From: Calditrichia bacterium
GTDB lineage: Bacteria > Calditrichota > Calditrichia > RBG-13-44-9
Assembly: GCA_037381445.1 (NCBI GenBank)
Contig: JARRQT010000191.1
Coordinates: 1-13,743, forward strand
DNA: 13,743 bases
Direction of reading: 5' to 3'
Numbering within the stretch: the first letter of the stretch is position 1; every line of letters begins with the position of its first letter. The notes beneath the pieces were generated by a model that saw nothing but the letters and a program-made list of their open reading frames with translations, did not search any database and was not told where the DNA came from. This document shows positions 7,266 to 13,743 of this stretch, piece by piece. The translations under genes were made by a program, and so were the position numbers.

Positions 7266-8444
7266 TCAATCATTGCGGGATTTTCGGGATACGGAAAATT
7301 TGGGCTCCACTTTAATATTCATTTCAGTGACGCCCGGAATATTTTTCGCAATAAATGTTTTGCAATTTTCCACCAACCTGGCATCGGAGCCTTTTTTTGC
7401 CTCCTGCCGAATTACCAGGTCAAATAACAGCCTCAGCTGCTCATCCTGTTCGTAAACCCGTAAATCATGGAATCCGGCACATTCCGGAGACTCCCGGCAG
7501 AACTGCCGAATCTTTTTTTCGATTTCCCTGTAAAGCGGCGTCCGCGCCATAACCGGGTCATAATGCACCGTCACGTAGGCATTAAGATCCCGGCGTAAGG
7601 CATCATCCACTTCCTCCGATATGCCGTGCGCATCGATCAAGGTCAACGTTTCATCCACTTCTATGTCTAAGCTGATGATCATCATTTCACCATAATTGTG
7701 GATAATAATATCGTGCACTCCCCTCACCTGCGGGAAGGAAAGGGCGACTTCCTCTATGCGCGTGAGCAATTGCTCGTCGGGCGGTTTCCCCAGCAGATTA
7801 TCGATGGGACTTTTTGCAATACCGTAAGCCGAATAAAGAATGACAAGAGCAATGATCACGCCGACCGGTCCGTCCAGATAAGGAAAATGATAATGGGAGA
7901 ATATAAATGAAATGACCACCAGGAGCGAGGTGATGGCGTCCAGATGATGGTGCCAGGAATCCGCCCTTAAAGTCGCGGATTTTATTTTCCCGGACAATCT
8001 ACCGGTAAAATTGGCCGCTAATTCTTTCACGACTACCGTGGCAAGCACAACCCCGATGATCCACCATTCGGCAACAAAAACGACCGGGTGTATGATGCGG
8101 TCAATGCCGTATTTCATCAGTTCAAATGAGGTGATGGCCAGAATGGTTGATATGATGATGGCAGAAATGAATTCCGCCCGGCCATGCCCGAAGGGATGTT
8201 CCCGGTCCGAAGGTTTTTCAGAAATATAAAAAGTAATTAATACAATGAGGCTGGTCCCCATATCGCTCAGGCTGTGAAAAGCGTCGGCGGTCAATGCCAC
8301 GCTGCCGGTCATAAAACCCAGCACACCTTTGACGGCAAAAAGCAGAAAATTAACCAGAATGCTTACCCATCCGCCCTGTTTTCCATAGGACGCCCGCGAT
8401 GGCAATGAATCACTTTTCTTTTTTCCGAGCTGTGCACTATCCAT
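7266..8444 (-). CDS. Cation diffusion facilitator (FieF/CDF family) with two tandem C-terminal cytoplasmic domains
   Basis: SVALTADAFHSLSD (TM2 HxxxD), KPSDREHPFGHGRAE signature, ADSWHHHLD (TM5 HxxxD), about six hydrophobic segments. CTD1 GVHDIIIHNYG...VHYDP and CTD2 GFHDLRVY...IKVEP. The start is uncertain: the track's TTG 8483 lies inside a terminator U-tract, so ATG 8444 is preferred, with 8480 possible. Confidence 0.9.
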   Translation of the reverse strand: MDSAQLGKKKSDSLPSRASYGKQGGWVSILVNFLLFAVKGVLGFMTGSVALTADAFHSLSDMGTSLIVLITFYISEKPSDREHPFGHGRAEFISAIIISTILAITSFELMKYGIDRIIHPVVFVAEWWIIGVVLATVVVKELAANFTGRLSGKIKSATLRADSWHHHLDAITSLLVVISFIFSHYHFPYLDGPVGVIIALVILYSAYGIAKSPIDNLLGKPPDEQLLTRIEEVALSFPQVRGVHDIIIHNYGEMMIISLDIEVDETLTLIDAHGISEEVDDALRRDLNAYVTVHYDPVMARTPLYREIEKKIRQFCRESPECAGFHDLRVYEQDEQLRLLFDLVIRQEAKKGSDARLVENCKTFIAKNIPGVTEMNIKVEPKFSVSRKSRND

Positions 8445-8481
8445 ATCGACTGAATCCGATAATATTTTTGGCCGCACCATC

Positions 8482-8518
8482 AAAAAAAGGCCTGTATATT
8501 ATGCTGAAGACAGGCCTT
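8482..8518 (-). terminator. Rho-independent terminator
   Basis: Minus strand AAGGCCTGT-14 nt-ACAGGCCTT (8518-8510 / 8495-8487) running into a 7-T tract (8488-8482), 23 nt after the stop of the 34-aa ORF. Confidence 0.85.
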
Positions 8519-8541
8519 GATTTTCTGCGGATGATTCCAAT

Positions 8542-8646
8542 TTATTTACTTCTTCTGATGCGGGTATTTCTTTTCTCTGCCTTTTTTCTTTTGATATAAC
8601 GTTTGCGCCGGATTTTCTTCTCATGTTTGTTATACTGTTTGCCCAT
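8542..8646 (-). CDS. Small, highly basic protein, 34 aa (MGKQYNKHEKKIRRKRYIKRKKAEKRNTRIRRSK)
   Basis: Manual translation, absent from the ORF track. GGAGG RBS 4 nt before ATG 8646, TAA at 8544-8542, 18 of 34 residues K/R. It starts 11 nt after the upstream stop and is followed by a terminator. Confidence 0.75.
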   Translation of the reverse strand: MGKQYNKHEKKIRRKRYIKRKKAEKRNTRIRRSK

Positions 8647-8657
8647 GATGCCTCCGT

Positions 8658-9281
8658 TTAAGTTAAGTATTGGTTATCCAAATCATTTCGCTGATTTTTG
8701 TAAAGATAATCCTGCATAAACTCAAAGAATTCACCGACGGTCTTAACGCGCGGCCCTTTCCAGCTTTGGTTCCACGCCTGATCCAGGCAGACTGCCGGGC
8801 GCCCGGTTTTGGCAAACTCCTCCAGATTATTTGTGAAATCATCCAGCAGGACCAGCCCGCTGACTTCAGATTTGTAAAAAGTAATGTGAACCTCCGAAGT
8901 CGGCAAATTATGTTTGCCAATCCAAAGATACGTGGCAGCCCGGCTGATTTCCGGCTGGGAAGAAACGATTACGATCTCAAATTCATGCCGCCAGCGTCTC
9001 AGGGCTTCCACTGCATCTGGATAGGGATCAGCCTCAGCCACAATTTCTTCAATATACCCCTTCTCCATGAATTTATAGATTTCCTCACCCAACGGGAAGA
9101 AGGCCTCCAGCCGGCGGGAATTTATTTCAGAAATTTTGTGGTCCGGATAAACGCGGCGATAGACCCGGATGAGACTTCCCACAAAATCGCGCACCACGCC
9201 ATCCAGATCGATCAACACCCGCGGCTTGTTTTCCCGGGGCGGCCTGATATCCATTTTGTCCAACGGTGATTTTTCCATCAT
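8658..9281 (-). CDS. HAD-superfamily 5'(3')-deoxyribonucleotidase (NT5C-type), 207 aa
   Basis: Motif I IDLDGVVRDF, motif II IVIVSS, Lys in FYKSEV, motif IV LLDD, and C-terminal AWNQ. The start overlaps the upstream stop (ATGA). Confidence 0.82.
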   Translation of the reverse strand: MMEKSPLDKMDIRPPRENKPRVLIDLDGVVRDFVGSLIRVYRRVYPDHKISEINSRRLEAFFPLGEEIYKFMEKGYIEEIVAEADPYPDAVEALRRWRHEFEIVIVSSQPEISRAATYLWIGKHNLPTSEVHITFYKSEVSGLVLLDDFTNNLEEFAKTGRPAVCLDQAWNQSWKGPRVKTVGEFFEFMQDYLYKNQRNDLDNQYLT

Positions 9282-10087
9282 TTAATATAATCCACCACCG
9301 ATTCCGCATTATCAACCCCGATAACATTGCCGTTCATCCACTGGCAGTCTTCTCCCGAAAAAACCGCGATGGCATTGGCAACATCTTCCGGCGTTGTCAG
9401 CCGGCGGCCAGGATTTCTCTCCACGGCGGCGTGCACCATCTTCTCATGTCCGGGGATTTTCTGCAATGCCGGGGTATTGGTGACGCCTCCGCGAATGGCA
9501 TTTGCGGTAGCCCCGATTCCGGCAAGTTCCATTGCCAGCTGCCGGATGTGCGATTCCAGGGACGATTTCGCCGCAGATACCGCACCGTAATAAGGGACGA
9601 CATGGGTGCTGCCGTAGCTGGTCATCGCAAAGATGCGCGAGCCGAATCCCAGCAATTGCGCCCAATATAACTCCTGCACCCAGTACACCAGGCTGTGGGC
9701 CATCACGTCCAGCGTCATATCCATATTGCTTTGACTAATAACATCTTCCGGGCGATCCGAGATAAAAGGCTTTAGGGTGCCGAATGCCAGGCTGTGCAGA
9801 AACACTTTGATGAATCCGTCATCCGGAATTTTTCCTTTGATTTCCTGCACCACTTCCTTGCGTTTCGCAGCGTCCGCCGCATTGACATTGAAAAAATCCG
9901 GTTCATCGCCGGCTTTGCTAATTTCAGCAATAATTTCTTCCACCTTGTACATGGTGGCTTTGCGGTCCAGATGGACGCCAAAAATATGATATCCTTCCCG
10001 CGCCAAACGGACTGCGGTAGCGGCGCCAAAACCGCTGGAACTCCCCAATATCAGCGCATATTTCTTATTATTATCTTTTTTATCCAT
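9278..10087 (-). CDS. SDR-family enoyl-[ACP] reductase (FabL/FabI-like), about 269 aa
   Basis: Rossmann LILGSSSGFG, enoyl-reductase-type Y-x6-K (YGAVSAAK), NAIRGGVTNTPAL, RLTTPEDVANAI, NGNVIGVD. ATG 10087 follows an AAAGGGA RBS; 10117 is the alternative start. Confidence 0.85.
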   Translation of the reverse strand: MDKKDNNKKYALILGSSSGFGAATAVRLAREGYHIFGVHLDRKATMYKVEEIIAEISKAGDEPDFFNVNAADAAKRKEVVQEIKGKIPDDGFIKVFLHSLAFGTLKPFISDRPEDVISQSNMDMTLDVMAHSLVYWVQELYWAQLLGFGSRIFAMTSYGSTHVVPYYGAVSAAKSSLESHIRQLAMELAGIGATANAIRGGVTNTPALQKIPGHEKMVHAAVERNPGRRLTTPEDVANAIAVFSGEDCQWMNGNVIGVDNAESVVDYIK

Positions 10088-10169
10088 AAATTCCCTTTCT
10101 GTTTTCTTTTTTCGCATGTTAACATCTATGAATTTTTGTCATTTTTGGCATTCGGATTTTCATGAATTT

Positions 10170-11156
10170 CTAATTCTGCTCCTCATAAATCCTGTCAATC
10201 AACCGCTGAATCTGGAGCGCATCATCACCCCCGCTCAGTATCGGTTTTTCAAATAGAATGGCTTCAGAAAAATTATCCAGTAATCGCGCATAATAATTTT
10301 CATTATAAACAGAAATTCTTTTACTTCCGCCGGCCTTTACAAGTTCAATATCTACAATGGATTCAGGCTGATTAAAATTGCGAATGTCTAATTTACCCTC
10401 CGAGCCGTAAAATGTCAAGCCGCTTTCCCGCACAACATTGAAGGAAAGGTAAATATTTCCTAAAATATTGTTTTCAAATTCTACTGAAACAACAGCATTC
10501 CGTTCAATTTCTCGGCTAGCAAATGACGGCTTCAAGATGGATTTGAGTTTCAAAATTTTTTGCCCGGTGATAAACTGCAGCAAATCAAGAATGTGAGAGC
10601 CGATATCTGCGACCGGTCCCCCGCCGGACAATTCCGGATCATCCAGCCAGCTCCGGGTGGAAAGGGACGCGTCCAGTCCGAAATATCCCGAGGCATAGTG
10701 CAATTCTCCCAATTCCCCTCTTTGCACCAGGTCCCGGATTTCCTGTACGGCATCGATAAACCGCATGACAAATGCAGACATAAATTTGACGCCGTTTTGC
10801 CTGCATACTTCGATCATTTCGCTGACCTCCGCGGCATTGCGCGCCGGCGGTTTTTCCGCCATCACATGTTTGCCGGCTTCTGCGGCCAGAATGGTATGTT
10901 CCCTGTGCAGTCCCGGCGGCGATGTGATGATGACCGCCTCAACAGACGGATCAGCGGCCAGATCCTTCGGATTGGTACAGGAGGCAGGGATATGATAGGC
11001 AGCAGCTTTTTCCCGGACATCCACGGGATTTCTTTTTTGAATGGCAGCAAGTTCGGAATATTGCGATTTACCGAAGGCAGGGAGAAGCCGCCTTTCCGCA
11101 TAACGCCCAAATCCAATAATCCCGTAACGTATCTTTTTCTTCCCGGTGTTTGACAT
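10170..11156 (-). CDS. Gfo/Idh/MocA family NAD(P)-dependent oxidoreductase, 328 aa
   Basis: GIIGFGRYA Rossmann motif, AGKHVMAEKP, SGGGPVADIGSHILD and YGSEG. Confidence 0.92.
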   Translation of the reverse strand: MSNTGKKKIRYGIIGFGRYAERRLLPAFGKSQYSELAAIQKRNPVDVREKAAAYHIPASCTNPKDLAADPSVEAVIITSPPGLHREHTILAAEAGKHVMAEKPPARNAAEVSEMIEVCRQNGVKFMSAFVMRFIDAVQEIRDLVQRGELGELHYASGYFGLDASLSTRSWLDDPELSGGGPVADIGSHILDLLQFITGQKILKLKSILKPSFASREIERNAVVSVEFENNILGNIYLSFNVVRESGLTFYGSEGKLDIRNFNQPESIVDIELVKAGGSKRISVYNENYYARLLDNFSEAILFEKPILSGGDDALQIQRLIDRIYEEQN

Positions 11157-11227
11157 ATTTTTTATATCTCTATTTTAATGATACAAAAAACAGATACAAT
11201 TAAAGGAATAAAAAACATATTACGAAG

Positions 11228-11269
11228 AAAAAAATAGGGAGGGAATGAGAATTGATATTCTCTTCCCTA
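11228..11269 (-). terminator. Probable Rho-independent terminator after the acyl-CoA dehydrogenase
   Basis: Minus strand TAGGGAAGAGAAT-ATCA-ATTCTCATTCCCTCCCTA followed by 7 T; imperfect stem (TAGGGA/TCCCTA outer, GAGAAT/ATTCTC inner). Confidence 0.7.
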
Positions 11270-11315
11270 CAAAAAAAGATACTCAATAGATTTTCTGAAG
11301 ATCTGAACCGGAAAT

Positions 11316-13037
11316 TCAGTTTAGAATTTCATCCGCGTGAAGAAGATCGGAGAACTGCTCATTTTTTATCGTTTCGGCATTTTTGCGGGCTTTGGCCATA
11401 GCGCTCACAATATAGCGATTGGCAATAAATATTTTTCGGGTTTCTTTTTCGGCCTCATCAAGCAGCAGGTAGCCCACAAAAAGATAACTGTATAATTCCA
11501 CCAGTTCCTTCCCTGCCACATCCTGAAAGTGGGCGTCATTTTTATCCTGCACAAACTTCAGGCTGTCCCTGAAGATTTTACGGATATCTTTCAGATAATC
11601 GGCCAAACGGACCAGGTTGCCCTTGTAAACCTTCTGCTCCTTCCGATCGAAATGGTCCTTCATGATATCGTTGACCACCCCGCCCAATGCGGCAACCACC
11701 TGCATCTGGGAGGTCCCTTCATAAATATTGGTGATCCGGGCATCGCGGGCCAAACGTTCAATGGTAAATTCTTTCATGTAGCCGGTACCGCCGTGAATCT
11801 GCAGGGCGTCGTATGCAATCTGGTTTGCCGATTCAGTCAGAACAAATTTGGTCATGGGCGTAAGAAGCGCCGCAATTTTGGAGGCATGCTTCTGCAGGTT
11901 GCTTTCTTCCTCAAAAGATTTGCCCTCAGACTTCAGATGACTGATTTTTTCTTCCAATTTGTCGCGGCGGTCGACCCATTTGGCGGTGGCATAGAGCAGA
12001 GACCGGTTGCTTTCAAGAGTAACGCGCATATCAATCAGCATGTTGGTCACGACGGGAATATTATAAATGGAACGCCCGAACTGTTCTCTGGCCCTGGCAT
12101 AGGAGAGCGCCGCTTCATAGGACGCCTGGGAAATTCCCAGCGCCTGCGCCGAAACGCCCAATCGGGCCCCGTTCATCAGATCCATTACATATTTGATGAG
12201 ACCGAATTTTCTTTTTCCGATAAGCTGCGCGGGCGTGTCATTAAATTGAAGTTCACAGGTTGGAGAACCGTGAATCCCCAGCTTGTTTTCAATACGGCGG
12301 ACCTTTACCGTTTCGTCACCGTAGCAGACAAACAGGCTCAATCCGCGGCCGTCTTTGCTTCCCGCTTCCGAACGGGCCAGTACCAGCAGCACATTTCCAT
12401 TCCCATTGGTGATAAACCGCTTCACTCCCCTCAGGAACCACTGCCCTTCTCCATTCTGGTAGGCCTGGAGTTTTACAGCCTGCAGATCGGATCCCGCATC
12501 CGGCTCGGTGAGCGCCATGGCGCCGGTGTACCTGCCGTCCGCAAATCCGGGCAGAAATTCCTGCTGCTGCTCTTCGGACCCGAATTTATGAATGGTTTCC
12601 GCGATATCCTGCAGGCCGAACAGATTCATCAGCGAAGCATCCGCGCGGGAAATCATTTCGATTGCCATGATATAAACGGTGGTCGGAAAGTTCAGGCCGC
12701 CAAATCTGCGGGGAAGCGTAATTCCCATCAATTCTGCCTGGGAGAGCTGACGGAGCGCCTCTGCAGTTCCTTTAGCATAGGAGACTTTCCCATCCCTGAA
12801 ACTGCTGCCTTCTTCATCCACTCCGGCGGCGCGGGCAGCAATAAAATTGCCCGCAATATCACCGACTATTTCAAGCACCTTACGATAATTATCCAGCGCA
12901 TCGGCGTAATCGGTGGGAGCATAATCAAATTTATTTGTTTCTTTATAATCATTCTCTACTATTGAGACGACATCTTCGATATTCAGGTTTTCGAACTGAA
13001 AAAGCAAATCGGCGTTCCCGGTGAAAAAATTCGGCAT
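11316..13037 (-). CDS. Acyl-CoA dehydrogenase, long form with an extra C-terminal domain, 573 aa
   Basis: MALTEPDAGSDL, GVKRFITNG, ENKLGIHGSPTCEL, MNGARLGV, REQFG, LQIHGGTGY and RDARITNIYEGT (catalytic Glu). GAGG RBS; 8 nt downstream of the etfA stop. Confidence 0.95.
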   Translation of the reverse strand: MPNFFTGNADLLFQFENLNIEDVVSIVENDYKETNKFDYAPTDYADALDNYRKVLEIVGDIAGNFIAARAAGVDEEGSSFRDGKVSYAKGTAEALRQLSQAELMGITLPRRFGGLNFPTTVYIMAIEMISRADASLMNLFGLQDIAETIHKFGSEEQQQEFLPGFADGRYTGAMALTEPDAGSDLQAVKLQAYQNGEGQWFLRGVKRFITNGNGNVLLVLARSEAGSKDGRGLSLFVCYGDETVKVRRIENKLGIHGSPTCELQFNDTPAQLIGKRKFGLIKYVMDLMNGARLGVSAQALGISQASYEAALSYARAREQFGRSIYNIPVVTNMLIDMRVTLESNRSLLYATAKWVDRRDKLEEKISHLKSEGKSFEEESNLQKHASKIAALLTPMTKFVLTESANQIAYDALQIHGGTGYMKEFTIERLARDARITNIYEGTSQMQVVAALGGVVNDIMKDHFDRKEQKVYKGNLVRLADYLKDIRKIFRDSLKFVQDKNDAHFQDVAGKELVELYSYLFVGYLLLDEAEKETRKIFIANRYIVSAMAKARKNAETIKNEQFSDLLHADEILN

Positions 13038-13045
13038 GACAACCT

Positions 13046-13743
13046 CTATCTTAATTTGTGTTTGAAAGATTCAATGAATATGGGGATAATTTCCATCACA
13101 TCTCCTACGATACCGTAATGACACACGTCAAAAATGGGTGCTTCGGGATCATCATTGATGGCGATTATTTTTTGTGAATCCTGCATTCCGGCCCGGTGCT
13201 GAATGGCTCCGGAAATTCCGCAGGCAATATACAGCTTGGGCCTGACGGTCACGCCGGTCTGGCCGATCTGGCGATCCGGTGAAATGAATCCGGCATCAAC
13301 TGCCGCCCGCGAACCGGCCACTTCTCCCCCGATAGCATGCGCCAGTTCATACAGAATTTCGAAATTTTCCTTTGAGCCCATTCCGTAACCGCCGGCCACG
13401 ATGATGGGCGCCGCTTTCAGATTTACCTTTTTCTCTTCCTGGTGCCGTTTGATAATTTTGACCAGCCCGTCAATCCCATCGGGTACGAAGGCAATTTCAT
13501 TAATCTTTCCTTTCACTGGTGTATCCAGCGGGATTTTCTCCATTACTCCTTCTCGGACCGTCGCCATCTGAATCTGTGTATCCGGCGAAATAATGGTGGC
13601 GATAATATTCCCGCCGAAAGCAGGCCGAATCTGCAGGAGCAGTTCCTTGAATTCATTCCGAAGATACTTTACATCGGAAATCTGCAGATCGGTACAGTCC
13701 GCGGTAAGACCGCTGCGGGTGAATGAGGCCACCCTCGGCGCCA
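13046..13743 (-). CDS. etfA: Electron transfer flavoprotein alpha subunit (EtfA/FixB), 5'-truncated by the window edge
   Basis: The frame stays open to the edge (APRVASFTRSGLTADCT). Motifs RPAFGGNI, QMATVR, IVAGGYG, SRAAVDAG, QIGQTG, YIACGISGAIQHRAGM and AINDDPEAPIF. Confidence 0.95.
   Translation of the reverse strand, partial: APRVASFTRSGLTADCTDLQISDVKYLRNEFKELLLQIRPAFGGNIIATIISPDTQIQMATVREGVMEKIPLDTPVKGKINEIAFVPDGIDGLVKIIKRHQEEKKVNLKAAPIIVAGGYGMGSKENFEILYELAHAIGGEVAGSRAAVDAGFISPDRQIGQTGVTVRPKLYIACGISGAIQHRAGMQDSQKIIAINDDPEAPIFDVCHYGIVGDVMEIIPIFIESFKHKLR

Noticed and set aside
8399..8599. 66-aa plus-strand hydrophobic ORF
   Set aside because: It overlaps the CDF start, the terminator and the antisense strand of the basic microprotein; its Phe/Leu richness mirrors the Lys/Arg codons on the other strand.
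8670..11153. Plus-strand ORFs of 123-199 aa (8670-9269, 9266-9670, 9794-10165, 10560-11153)
   Set aside because: All are antisense shadows of motif-supported minus-strand genes with no independent evidence.
11529..12965. 478-aa plus-strand ORF
   Set aside because: It lies wholly antisense to the well-supported acyl-CoA dehydrogenase and has no recognisable motifs; a typical shadow ORF produced by codon bias.

Overview
Bacterial chromosomal window, almost entirely on the minus strand, with no RNA genes, CRISPR array or mobile element that I can support. In transcription order (right to left): etfA (cut by the window edge), acyl-CoA dehydrogenase, terminator; Gfo/Idh/MocA oxidoreductase, FabL/FabI-type enoyl reductase, NT5C-type HAD nucleotidase, an unlisted 34-aa very basic ORF, terminator; CDF metal exporter with two C-terminal domains; a NifS-like PLP enzyme fused to selenophosphate synthetase (SelD); tandem-domain universal stress protein; class I fructose-1,6-bisphosphatase; an ArsC/LMW-PTP-fold protein with Ser at the catalytic Cys; a 70-aa plus-strand orphan divergent from a single-domain response regulator; a SnoaL/NTF2-like protein; and a GT9 heptosyltransferase (cut by the window edge). 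The main points of interest are the NifS-SelD fusion, two frameshifting deletions (in the NifS domain at about 6744 and in the GT9 gene at about 500) that may be real or assembly errors, the 34-aa K/R-rich ORF with a strong RBS and downstream terminator, and the degenerate ArsC-like protein. All product calls come from motif recognition by eye, not database searches.
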